Shown piece after piece: positions 12,911 to 25,500 of a DNA stretch of 64,000 nt. A program made the position numbers and the translations under genes. This DNA comes from Octopus sinensis (Eukaryota), in the NCBI RefSeq assembly GCF_006345805.1, contig NC_043003.1, positions 7,874,001-7,938,000 of the forward strand. Direction: 5' to 3'. Below the pieces are notes generated by a model. The model made no database searches, was not told the origin of the DNA, and saw only the letters and a program-made list of their open reading frames with translations. Numbering within the stretch: position 1 is the first letter of the stretch; every line of letters begins with the position of its first letter.

Positions 12911-13851
12911 GAAGAAAAAAAACACAGTAAAAAGGATAATAATGGCCTAAAACTAAACTGCATAACTACCGCCAACCACCCTTCATATTGAAATTTAATA
13001 TTTTCCGGTTTTGCGTTATTGTTTGTTTTATTTTATTAGCTGTTTGTTCTTGAGGATTTAGTATTTTGTTTTATCAGTTAACAATTATTCTTGTTCGGAA
13101 TAATTTAAACATGTTGTCGGGATTGTTTTATCTCTAAACGCCTTGTGTATACGATGCAGGAAGAGAGCGATGCAAACGATGGACGGGTTTAAGAGAAGAA
13201 TGATTGCAGCATGGACAGATAAGTAGACATGTCGCTGTAATGACATTACAATCTAAGTGTAATAAGATAGTCGGAACTAAAAATCGAAACCAGCTTTTAA
13301 TTCGCCTATCAGCTTCTATTGATTAGTCACAAATATCCAGATTTACAGCAAGAAAAGCTGTGGTGTCTATCAATCCTTCTAGAGAAGGCATTATGAGGCA
13401 ATGTCTTCTACAGACAACCAAAGCTTGCTGAGGATTCTGCTCGCCAGAATCGTATCTATTTAGTCTGCTTCTGCATGCTTCTTAATTATGGTAAATAATT
13501 CTTTTAAATGTTGACATATTATAACTTTGTAGAGACGGATTTAATGGACTAAGTAGATACCACGATTGGCATTTATTTTATTGAACAACTGGGAATGGAA
13601 GGATGGTATTGGTTCATGAATACTTGTAACTGAGGACTTAGAATATCGTAAGTACACATTCCAAAGTAATTATGGTGACATTCCATCGTTTTTACCCCGC
13701 CCAAGATTCTAATCTTGATATATAAAAACCTCCAACCACAACGATAGAATGTGAATGAATTGTAGTGCATTACCTTTATGCATTTAATTGTTTCACAAAG
13801 CTAAGTTGACCCTGATGGGATTCGAACCAAGGGCAGATGACGAGATCAAAT

Positions 13852-14253
13852 AATGGTTTCTAATTTGGGCACAAAACCATTAGTTTTAGGGGACGAGGTA
13901 AGTCGGTTACATCAACTCTAGTACTCAACTGGTACTTATTTTATCTACCTCGAAAAGATGACAGGCAAAGGCGACCTCGGCAAAATTTGAGCTCAGAACG
14001 TAAACCCGGACGAAATACCTATTTCTTTACAACCCACATGGGGCTAAACATAGAGTGAACAAACAAGGACTGACAAACGGATTAAGCCTATTACATCGAC
14101 CCCAGTGAGTAACTGGTACTTAATTTATCAACCCCGAAAGGATGAAAAGCAAAGTCGACCTCGGCGGAATTTGAACTTACAACGTAACGGCAGACGAAAT
14201 ACCGCTAAGCATTTTGCCCGGCGTGCTAACGATTATGCTAGCTCGCTGCCTTA
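13852..14253 (-). mobile_element. SINE family A composite (two units)
   Basis: Two family A cores joined by the CCCACA(T)GGGGCTAAACA linker. Confidence 0.8.
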
Positions 14254-14685
14254 CTACGAAATCAAATATCAAAATGCATTTCTCCGCTCCAGCTATTTCG
14301 TCTACTTAATTTTTTGCTTGTCTTATGTATCACTTGTGACACACAGGACATATTGCCCTGCCGTCCATATATCATACACGATATGCACTCCCAATTTTTT
14401 TTCAACACCAGAATAACTTGGGACTTCTGAAATGAAAGCTTTATATTATTCAGAACCTATGAAAGAAGGATTAACTAAAAGGCTGAAAACAAGCATGGAC
14501 GTTTATGAAAATGTTTTAGACTGGGAAAGGGTTAATTACAGGTAGATGAGTCCTATTGATTAAGTCAGCGCCTTGCTTTGCGAAAATCCTGTCTAATATA
14601 ATTCTTTTAGGAACATCAAGAATGTGTTAATTTTACCATCTCTCCAAGCATACCTTTTAACTTTTAAGTCTATGAACAGATATAT

Positions 14686-14955
14686 TCTTTTCTACTCTAG
14701 GTACAAAGCCTGTAATTTTGGGGGAGGGGCCAGTCGATTAGATCGACCCTACTACGAAACTTGTGCTTAATTTATCGATCCCGAAAGGATGAAAGGCAAA
14801 TGTAAAGACTGAGGAAATACTGCTAAGCTGTTCGCCCGGCGTGTTAACAGTTCTTATTTCTTCATTGCCCACAAGGGGCTAAGCATAGAGATGATAAACA
14901 AGAACAGACAAACGGATTAAGTCGATTACATCGACCCCAGTGCATAACTGGTATT
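14686..14955 (-). mobile_element. SINE family A composite
   Basis: CCCGAAAGGATGAAAGGCAAA core plus linker block. Confidence 0.75.
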
Positions 14956-16168
14956 GCTGAGTCGAAACCGCTACTGTACCGGAACTGTTTTCATAAGCAA
15001 GTACCTAGTCCTAAGTCCACTTACCCCGTCTCTACTCATAGATACACCACGAAGGAAAGACAAGTTATACGTTTGCAGCATCCATTGAGCCACAGAGGAT
15101 GCCATCTATTAGTTATCTGACTTAGGACCCTGTTCTAGAGTTTTCTGCAGGACCTTAGTCCCTCAGCCGTTTTCGAAATGCTCAATAAATTATACCACGA
15201 GGCGACAGAAGTTTACTATTATTGTGGATATGATTTGTACAGAGTTCATCCTACTCTCTCGTCCTTTAGACATGTATTAGTCTAGTGTAACATGGGCCAC
15301 AAGCGCAGCAGTTATCAAGATGAAGGATTTGTATGGAACAGCTAAAGAGCTGACGGGATCCATGTCTGCTGTTTAAAATATAGTGTCATTGTGCTAAGTT
15401 AAGAGGAACTGTTATTTAAATACCACGGATACTATAGAATAATAGTAGACCCCTGGTGATTCTGTATCAGAAACTGCGTCTGATTTGAGGTTCGTACCAG
15501 TCCCTGGCGAGTTTTGCACGCTTATGCAATTATATAATAATTTTTGGAAATATACCGACATTTATAAATCTATTTAGGAATAAAGATCTGATAGAAAGGA
15601 GAACAACAGGTTGAATCTGCAAACAAATTGGAAAATAAATGCATAGATAACTATACAAGTATTTAACATCAGACATTTTATTTTGACATCAATTCCGCTC
15701 TTGTAGTTTCACCATCAACAGTATTATGTATGTTAATGTCGAGGAATAATAACAATTGTCTACTTTTGGAAAAGGAAGTGGAAGGACAGGTGTATTGTGA
15801 AGAAGGAAACTACTGCCGTCTGTGATAAACTGCTGCAGTAAAATATAAAATGAAACCAAACAAAAATATGCGAGACCAGTTTCACGGATAGCTTCCAGTT
15901 GCCTCTTCAATAATTGTCGATATTTTTTAGTTCGTTTGCGCATGTGTGCGTCTGTGTTCTCTATGTGTGTGTTTTGTGTGTGTTTTGTGTGTGTGTATGT
16001 GTGTGTGGTGTGTGTGTGTGTGTGTGTACGTGTGTGTGTAATCAGTAGTTAGTTGTACAACAGAAGGCTTTTCAGAAGAATGATGTGGCATAATTCCAAT
16101 TTCAATGTACTTATTAATGAAAGGCAAACACTCTGACATCAACTGCAGTAAAACAGCCGGAAATGCAC

Positions 16169-16170
<2 letters not shown>

Positions 16171-16215
<45 letters not shown>

Positions 16216-16312
16216 TATTATTATTATCATCATCATCATCATCATCATCATCATCGTCGTCGTCGTCGTCGGCGTCGTCATCATCATCATCATCATCATT
16301 ATTATTATTTTC
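16171..16312. repeat. Compound trinucleotide microsatellite (ATT)n(ATC)n(GTC)n
   Basis: Directly visible. Confidence 0.95.
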
Positions 16313-16881
16313 AAAGTATAGAAAAAAAAACATTGTTTCCGTTCGTTAAGTTTTGTTTGTTTTTTACATTATTTTTCTTTTTTTGTTGTTGTTGTTGTTG
16401 TCGTGGTTGTCTTGCTTTCAGCTCCGTTTGCTTTGAAATAATAGCGAGACGAATGCAACAGAATTTTTTTTGCAATATTGTTATATTTTAATGACATAAA
16501 TAGCCACGGTATTTTTCCCAAAGGTTCGTTATTAAGAAGAGAAAAAAAATGTCTGGTTTTGATGAACGATTTCACAATGTCTTTCTCTTGCCATCGTTGT
16601 AATTGTTGTTGTTGTTTAATCGAATATCTGACTTTGTGGTTCAGTCATATGATCAAAATACATTACAACCGTGACTATCCTGTCAGTTTTATCCGATTTA
16701 AGACAGTATTTTGTAATTTGAGGGAGGTTTGGTTGCTATCTGTACTGCTGAGACTAGAGGTTCCCAAATATTTTTGCGCTACAGGTTTCATGACAGACAA
16801 TTTCCCCATGGTTTGGGAGATCATGCACATAACGAAACACAATAAAATGCATAATATATAATTCATTTATTATATGTATAA

Positions 16882-17442
16882 TCTATTATATAAAATCCGT
16901 TCTGTCTGTCTGTGTGTGTGTCTTCGAGGATCTCGGGCATCCTCCATCCGATTGCGCTCAAATTTGATATGTAGATACCGACGGTATCAGGGCGTGTCAG
17001 GGCGTGTATAAATCTTGAAAAAATTACAAAAATCGATTCCAGGTGAGAATGCGATCGATAGAGCCATGGGAACGTGCATTTGTACGCGCAAGTACATCAG
17101 CTGTTGTGATCGATACTACGCGTACGCGAGAAAAATGCACGTGCAGTTTGCACAAAAAAAGCCAGCTGGCTTGAAATAATGCCACAAAATGCAGTATATT
17201 TAAGATACCAAAAAGTAAGATGCAAAAGAGATAGATTCTTCAAACTTGGCATGAAGGAAGGAAAGACTATTTCGTTTCTCAAGAAGTTTTTTTCTTTTGC
17301 CTTAACTTCGTTTAACAAAACCAAAAAATTTATTGAAATAAAGGCATGCTTAATTATTTTTTAATGAAAAGAAAACACTGATTACTTTTTATTCAACAGA
17401 TATGATTCAGCACCGTCCACTGGACGGGGGACGCTTTGCTCG
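16882..17442 (+). mobile_element. Non-autonomous Helitron-like element
   Basis: 5' A|TCTATTATATAAAATCCG; 3' hairpin CCGTCC-ACT-GGACGG (17413-17427) followed by GCTCG|T, a decayed CTAG terminus. Confidence 0.7.
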
Positions 17443-17544
17443 TACATGTATATATTTTGTATTTAGCACATATATAAGTCAAAAATACTCTGCGGAATAT
17501 AGTAGTCATTAAAATAGAAATAAGATTTTAATATCCTTTCTTTC

Positions 17545-17970
17545 AAGGGCGGTGAGCTGTCAGGAACGGTAATACGCCGGACGAAATGCTTAGCGGTATT
17601 TCGTCTATCGTTACGTTGTGAGTTCAAATTCCGCTGAGGTCGACTTTGCCTTTCATCCTTTCGGGGTCGATAAATTAAGTACCAGTTACGCACTGAGGTC
17701 GATGTAATCGACTTAATACCTATGTCTGTCCTTGTTTGTCCCTTCTATGTTTAGCCCCTTGTGGGTAATGAAGAAATAGGTAACACGCCGGACAAAACAC
17801 TTAACTGCATTTCGTCCGTCTTCACCTTCTTGATTCAAATTCCGCCGAGGCCGACTTAGCATTTCATCCCTTCGGGGTCGATAGAAAAAATGTTGGTTGA
17901 ACACTGGGGTCGATATAATCGACTTACCCCCTCCTCCGAAGTTGCTGGCTTTGTGACAAAATTTGAAATC
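17545..17970 (+). mobile_element. SINE family A composite (two units)
   Basis: GGCGGTGAGCTGTCAGGAAC head and two CCTTTCGGGGTCGAT-type cores. Confidence 0.85.
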
Positions 17971-18077
17971 AATATTTATTCTTCCTGTTTGGTGCGATGA
18001 TGGTATGCGGCCTGGTGGTTGGGGATCCATTATTATTCCCTGGTGTACTCTGACCCGGAATAGTAACACCTCTCATA

Positions 18078-18818
18078 GCCCTACCTGTGCGTTAATTAGC
18101 ATATCACGAAATTGCCTCTCGAAGAATGTTACCCACAGGCGCACCCAATGGAAGTAGGATAGATGAGGCTCTTTAGCTTCTCTCACGGCCCTACCAGGAA
18201 GCGCAATGGTCCAGTGGTTAGGGCAGCGGACTCGCGGTCGTAGGATCGCGGTTTCGATTCCCAGACCGGGCGTTGTGAGTGTTTATTGAGCGAAAACACC
18301 TAAAGCTCCACGAGGCTCCGGCAGGAGATGGTGGTGATCCCTGCTGTACTCTTTCACCACAACTTTCTCTCACTCTTACTTCCTGTTTCTGTTGTACCTG
18401 TATTTCAAAGGGCCGGCCTTGTCACTCTCTGTGTCATGCTGAATATCCCCGAGAACTACGTTAAGGGTACACGTGTCTGTGGAGTGCTCAGCCACTTACA
18501 CGTTAATTTCACGAGCAGTCTGTTCCGTTGATTCGGATCAACCGGAACCCTCGTCGTCGTAACCGACGGAGTGCTTCCACATTGCCCTACCTATGGGTTA
18601 ATTATCATGCCACGGAAATGCCACTCGAAGATTGTGACCCACAAATGCTCTGAATGGAAGCAAGAAAGACAAGGCTCTTCAGCTGTTTAACTTCTTTCAT
18701 GGACCTACCTGTGGGTTAATTAACATGCCACGAAAATGCCTCAAGAATAATGTTACCCATAGACACACCCAATTGAACCAGGACAAATGATGCCCTTCAG
18801 CTCCTTAGCTTCTCAAGT
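18078..18818 (+). repeat. Three diverged ~110-118 bp tandem units interrupted by a SINE
   Basis: Units start CCTACCT(G/A)TG(C/G)GTTAATT at ~18078, 18188/18584 and ~18702. Confidence 0.8.
18196..18583 (+). mobile_element. Full tRNA-derived SINE (family C) with 8-bp TSD
   Basis: tRNA-like head at 18197; GCCCTACC at 18188-18195 and 18584-18591. Confidence 0.9.
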
Positions 18819-18924
18819 CCTGCATTCTTATAACTACCGGGATCGAGGCTCTCGTTGCACCAGATCAATACAGGTTTGAAGGGCAAGAAAGTGAGATTGC
18901 CCCTGTACAAAGCATACCCACTTT

Positions 18925-19235
18925 AAACTGACAAACCGTCGATTGCAGCGAGGAGGGTTCCAATCGATCCGATCAACGGAACATTATGGTTGTGAAATTA
19001 ATGGCTGAGTATTCCATAGACATTGTATACCCTTAACGTAGTTTTCAAGGAGATTTAGCGTGACACAGAATGTGATATGACTGGCCTTTAGAATTAAACG
19101 TACAATTCATTTTTGCCAGCTGAGTGGACTGGAGCAACACGAAATAAAATGTCTTGTTTAAGGATACAACGCAACACCGGGAATCGAACTCACAACCTTC
19201 CGATCGTGAACTGAATACCATAACCACTGAGCCAG
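18925..19235 (-). mobile_element. tRNA-derived SINE sharing family C 3' region
   Basis: CCGGGAATCGAACTC B-box on minus strand; GTCTTGTTTAAGGATACAAC core; 3' part matches 18400-18560. Confidence 0.75.
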
Positions 19236-19254
19236 CATCTTCTTATATGCATTA

Positions 19255-19660
19255 TATGCTTTTCTACTAAAGGCACAAGGCCCGAAATTTTGGGGGAGGG
19301 GAGCAATCAATTACATCGACCCCAGTGCGTAACTGGTGCTTAATTTATCGACCCCGAAAGGATGAAAGGAAAAGTCGACCTGGACAAAATTTGAACTCAG
19401 AACGTAAAGACAGAGGAAATACCTATTTCTTTACTACCTACCAGGGGCTAAACACAGAGGGGACAAACAAGGATAGACACACGGATTGAGTCGATTACAT
19501 CAACTCCAGTGCGTAAATGGTACCTAGTTTATCGACCCCGAAAGGATGAAAGGCAAAGTCGATCTCGGCGGAATATGGAACTCAGAACGTAGCAGCAGAC
19601 GAAATACGGCTACGCATTTCGCCCGGCGTGCTAGGGTTTCTGCCAGCTCGCCGCCTTCAC
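19255..19660 (-). mobile_element. SINE family A composite (two units)
   Basis: Two TCGACCCCGAAAGGATGAAAGG cores; head ..GCCAGCTCGCCGCCTT. Confidence 0.85.
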
Positions 19661-20394
19661 GCACGCATTATAATAATATCCATCGTTCAGGTTGTTCAGC
19701 CAACGGTAACACCAACATCATCGCCATGACATTTTCTTCATATGTCCAGGGGCGATGAGACGACAAAACACTGATCTAAGGATATCGTGGTACTGCCTCT
19801 TGCTGAACTTTCATTTGTCGAATATACCTCCATTACGCGGATGTCTTCTATTACAGAGAATACATACTTTATACTTCATTGCGTATTGTATTTCATAGAT
19901 ATGAAACTTCGACTGTAAGATATCATATATTTAATATTCTCATTTCATGTAATACCAGAAAATAATTTATATGTAATCAAATTACCAGTTAATCGTTTCC
20001 GCTCTTTTCTACCTGTTCATAGTCAGGTAACTGGAGATTAGAGTATTTTTTGCTTCGTGCAACGAGTCTTGCCTATTATTTCAGTAATGTTTCTACAGAA
20101 GAATTACATTTCTGAGAGAAAAAAATATAATAAATATCTTTATTATAAACGAAATGTATTCTTTATAAGTATGAGTTTCTGTTCAGCTGAAACAGCCAAC
20201 GTGGGAGGTTGTACGTAATCTTTCAGCTGGATAAAAACTGTGGCGTTTCCCCGGAAATAGGGAATTTTGCTGTTAGAGATTTCTGTTTTTTTTTTCTCTG
20301 TGTATGTGTGTTGTTTTTATGATTAATATTTACACGCTTGTTTTGTATTATCCTAAATGTTTTTCGCTACTTTTGCGGCTAATAAAGAAAGAAT

Positions 20395-20500
20395 TATTAT
20401 CATTATTATTACTTTTTCTTCCTTCTTTCTTCAAATTTTCTTCGATTTCTCGCCGAGTGTTTTCCGTACACCTAGGGCAGAGAAGCTATTTGCATGCATT
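20395..20500 (-). mobile_element. R4/Dong LINE 3'UTR remnant with (TAA)n tail
   Basis: TTCAAATTTTCTTCGATTTCTCGCCGAGTGTTTTCCGTACACCTAGGGCAGAG resembles the Dong 3' end at 46760-46820; ATTATT tract adjacent. Confidence 0.6.
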
Positions 20501-20699
20501 CCCAGATTACACACGCAAATTCACAGGTAATTATTTTCTAAGCAATGCCCGAGTCTCTATTTGCTGTCCGGCAATGTTTATTCAGACGCATTTTGTGATG
20601 TCGGGTGCGAAAATATCTTAAGCTAAGCCTGAAAGCTATGAAGTCATAAAAGAATCATCCATAACTTGCAGTAAGCAACATTTATTAAACGTTATTACT

Positions 20700-20952
20700 G
20701 TTATTTCTTTATTTTCTGCAAACAAAATGCACAAAAAAGCTACACATTTGCATTATGTTATATATCCAATAATAATAAAGGACGTTATCGTATACATTTT
20801 TACAAACCAAGGACATTATATAGACCTCCATGACTCAAGTTAGAGAAGGGGTGCGTATTATACACAAGGTTTAGGTTTTCCAGAGGTACAGTCCCCTAAA
20901 AATCCCCTGCGTATTATACTCAAGGACGGACTATATTCGAGGATTTACGGTA
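20700..20952. mobile_element. DNA transposon/MITE end fragment
   Basis: Ends GACTATATTCGAGGATTTACGG|TA with internal GCGTATTATAC subterminal repeats, like Tc1/pogo-type ends; the other end was not found. Confidence 0.4.
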
Positions 20953-21873
20953 CAAAGAATTAGAAAAGCTGAGGTTATACTACATGTCAATACACAAGGT
21001 ACGTACCGTGCAGAGGGATTGAACCCGAAGCCACGTCGTTACAAAGCGAGTTTCTTAACCTCACAGCCAGACATGCCTACCTCTATACATATACTGCCTA
21101 AGTGTATGTGTGCAGGCATGCGTGGAAGAGTATGATTAGCTGTGAGAACCGACGTGTATTTGGCACCGAACACATAGATATAGGCAGCTGTCTGGAACGA
21201 TGTTTTGGAGTGTTAATTCCGAGTATGAAGAGATTTGCTGCAACACATGTTTTCTAAAAGTAATTAGTTTACATGCAATTTTATCTTATTATACCTAATA
21301 CCACGTATAAATGTATCTGTGTCAGTGGAAAATATATCTATATATATATGTGTGTGTGTATGTGTGTGCGTGTGTATAACGATATGTGTTGATTTGAGAC
21401 AGACTTGGAACGAGTTCTGTCAGGTGCTTTTATCAAGCACCAACAAGAAACTGCTTCGTTAGTTTTATTATATATATGTGTGAGTGTGTATGTGTGTATT
21501 TGTGTGTGTGTGTATGTGTGCATTTGTGTGTGTGTATTGATGTAGGTTTGGCGATGCAAACAGCAAACATAAAACTCAAAATATGAATATGTGTGTGTGT
21601 ATCTGAGTATCGGTGTCCGTGTGTTTGTGTGTGTCTCTGTATGTATGTTTGTGTGAGCGTGTGTGTGTGTGTGTGTATGTATGTATGCCGTTATGTATAT
21701 ATATACAAGTAAAAAAGGAAAAGAAATCTTCATACACATGTGTATGTGTATATATATATATATATGTATATAAATGTATATATATAAATGTATATATGTG
21801 TACATATAAATGTATGTGTAAATGCTTATAAGAGTATTCATGTCATGTATTTACAGGTGAATTAACTACTGCA

Positions 21874-21932
<59 letters not shown>

Positions 21933-22139
21933 GTGTGTACGCTTGTGCGGAGGCCTGTACTGCAATAGAATATATTTAGCCCTATCTATTCTCTCGCTCT
22001 ATATTCTTGACACTCATTCAAAAACGAATTTGGCCGAATAACCCTTTTATCGATCTCTCGGTAAAGTAAAAAAACAAACAAAAATAATAAAGGAAAAGAA
22101 TGAAAACCGAACGAAAAATTTACAAAAAATATACATTAA

Positions 22140-22654
22140 ATACATTCATACATATTTATATATATATTTATATATATATTCATATGTATATACATGTGCT
22201 TATATATATTTTTATATATATGCACATATATATATGTGTGTGTGTGTATGTGTGTACGTATGTTTATAAGTATGTATATATACATATATATATACATACA
22301 TTTTATGTATTTATACATATATATACATATATGTATGTATATACATATATATGTATATATACATACATATATGTATATATACATATATATGTATATATAC
22401 ATTCATATATGTATATATACATATATAAGTATATATACATACATATATGTATATATACATATATATATGTATATATGCCTATATATGTATATATACATAT
22501 ATATATGTATATATATACATATATGTATATATGTATATATACATATATAGGTATATATACATATATATATGTATATATACATATATGTATGTATATATAC
22601 TTATATATGTATATATACATATATGTATATATATACATATATATGTATATATTC

Positions 22655-22687
<33 letters not shown>

Positions 22688-22745
22688 TATGTATGTATAT
22701 ATACATATATATTATATATAAAGATACATATATACATATATATTT

Positions 22746-22806
<61 letters not shown>

Positions 22807-22820
22807 TCGCGTATGTATGT
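22140..22820. repeat. Long degenerate (TA)/(TATACA) microsatellite
   Basis: Directly visible. Confidence 0.95.
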
Positions 22821-23231
22821 AAATGAAAAAAGAAATAAGCAATTCAGCAAACACATGGAAAATGAGAAATAAATGCAATCACAACGGTAGACGCTTTTAA
22901 CAGACTTGTTGGCTGTGAGACTGAATGTAAATACCAGCCACGTTTGGCTTCATACCATTTTTTAATGGTTCCTTATATGCTTCTCTGTAAAGGCATTAAA
23001 ATTGTATTGATCTTTAGCGATACACAAATATAGTATTATGTTGAAACCAATTGGCTTATTGGGCTTCCACTGTATATCTCGTCTCTATCTTGTTGTTAAT
23101 TCGCTGATCAACTTCCATTGAGATGACCTACGATCAAAGGTTTTCTAACTGTGACTATCAGCCATTTAAAGGTTTATAGAACTGCATTTTTTAATCTGGT
23201 GTTTTTTCATCGAAGCCCCACTAAAATTATA

Positions 23232-23462
23232 CCTATTTCTTTACTACCCACAAGGGGCTAAACACAGAGAGGACAAACAAGGACAAACGGTTTAAGTCGA
23301 TTACATCGACCCCAGTGCGTAACTGGTACTTAATTTATCGACCCCGAAAGGATGAAAGGCCAAGTCGGCCTTGGCGGAATTTGAACTCAGAACCTAACGG
23401 CAGACGAAATACGGCTACGCATTTCGCCCGGCGTGCTAACGTTTCTGCCAGCTCGCCGCCTA
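23232..23462 (-). mobile_element. SINE family A
   Basis: Near-consensus copy ending GCCAGCTCGCCGCCT. Confidence 0.9.
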
Positions 23463-23534
23463 AAATTATACCTTACAGTATGATATGTGTGTGGTACTTC
23501 GATGTATATATATATACATATATATTATATATGG

Positions 23535-23621
<87 letters not shown>

Positions 23622-23622
<1 letters not shown>

Positions 23623-23714
23623 AGGAATTGAAACCGGTAGCATATTTGTAAATATTTTCTTTAACACACACACACACATACACACATATATGCATGTAGC
23701 CATCTGTCTATCTA

Positions 23715-23760
<46 letters not shown>

Positions 23761-23797
23761 CCATCTGTCTATCTAACACACATATATAGACACACAC

Positions 23798-23838
<41 letters not shown>

Positions 23839-23944
23839 GTTTATGTGTGACTATATATGTGTGTGTTAGAAAGACAGATGTATGTGTGTGTATGTGTGTG
23901 TATAAAGAAAATATTTACAAATAAGCTACCGGTTTCAATCCCTT
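23622..23944. repeat. Inverted repeat (~42 bp outer arms plus inner arms) enclosing microsatellites
   Basis: AAGGAATTGAAACCGGTAGCATATTTGTAAATATTTTCTTTA versus TAAAGAAAATATTTACAAATAAGCTACCGGTTTCAATCCCTT. Confidence 0.9.
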
Positions 23945-24758
23945 AAAAGGATGAATTAGTAATGCTAAAATAAAAGGGAAAATAAATTGTAATAAATTGA
24001 ATTAATCGTTCGTGATATCGGTACTAAAATCTTCCATTTTAAAAACTTTTACAATAATCTCATGGTGCTAATCCGCATGTCGCTGGGTTATTATTTTATT
24101 AATAGTGACATTAGCAGGGCAAAATCATCTGTTTAACCGACTGAAATTGGGAAAATATTTTGATAAAAATGTAAGTATTTTCTGGAATCCATGATAAAGA
24201 TCTCAAACCCATTTTTTTCTTTCTAATATAATTTTCCTCGTGTGAAAGTTCTTACACTTTCTAAGATATATATACATACATACATATATATATATAATAT
24301 ATATATATTGGACCACTAAAGTCAACACATATATTTTCATTCTTTGTTTATTTTCTCTTATTCTTTTCCTCTTATTCCTCGAAACGTAAAAGACTTTTCC
24401 ATTCTTTTATAATAGCTGTTTGACGCTCGGGAAAAATGGAAAACTTGCTTGTTGTTCCTACACTTGTCATCGTCTTTGTTTTGTTTTTCTATAAAGTTGA
24501 ACTATATATTTATATATATATATAATATATATATGCTGCACATAATTGTTTTTCCTGTTTTCGTTTCGTGCTGTTCCACGTCTCTCTCCTTCTGTTGTAA
24601 CAAAATGTCTTCTCCGTTTTCGTTCTGTTGATTTTTTCGTCTTCTGGTGATGTCCTGAACGTATATATATATTTATATATGCATGTATATATACATGTAG
24701 ATGTCGGTACGTACATATATGTTTGTATGTATGCATATATTTTATTTATTACACTATA

Positions 24759-24811
<53 letters not shown>

Positions 24812-25039
24812 GGGGGAGAGAAAGATAGATAGATAGAGATAGATAGATAGATGGATAGATAGATAGATAGATACATACATACATACATGCATGCATACAT
24901 ACATACATGCATACATATATACATACATACATACATAAATACACACATACATACATACATACATACATAAATACATACATACATACATACATACATGCAT
25001 ACATACATACATACATACATACATACATACATACATACA

Positions 25040-25071
<32 letters not shown>

Positions 25072-25170
25072 ATAAATAATAGCAAAGGGTAATCAGAAAT
25101 ATTTGAAATTTCCATTAACAGTGACCTAGAGCGTAAAAAATGTTGTCAATAGACTATATTTTATTCATAT

Positions 25171-25410
25171 AATACAGTATACATTTAAACACATAAGAGG
25201 TGGCCATCATAGAACTATTTACACGCTAGAGAGAACAGTTAAATTCCGAGCCACTATTAGAGATAAAAATCGAGTTATATAGTAAATGTTTCTATTTCTC
25301 ATCCCCTTCGATTTTTATCCCTAATAGTGGTTCAGAATTTAACTGTCCTCTCTAGCGTGCAAGATGTCCTATGATGGATGCCTCTTATGTGTTTAAATGT
25401 ATACTGTATT
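25171..25410. repeat. Palindromic element (~103 bp arms, 34-nt spacer)
   Basis: AATACAGTATACATTTAAACACATAAGAGG.. versus ..CCTCTTATGTGTTTAAATGTATACTGTATT; a related single arm occurs at 62690-62719 plus 63117-63205. Confidence 0.9.
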
Positions 25411-25413
25411 TAA

Positions 25414-25500
<87 letters not shown>
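25414..25500. repeat. (GATA)n microsatellite at 3' end of Tx1 copy 1
   Basis: Directly visible. Confidence 0.98.

Noticed and set aside
13420-13660. Two CTGAGGA cores followed by hairpins
   Set aside because: Neither hairpin is followed by GAAA or stem III.
15700-15850. Candidate exon downstream of TTGTAG
   Set aside because: All frames are short and have no recognisable protein similarity.
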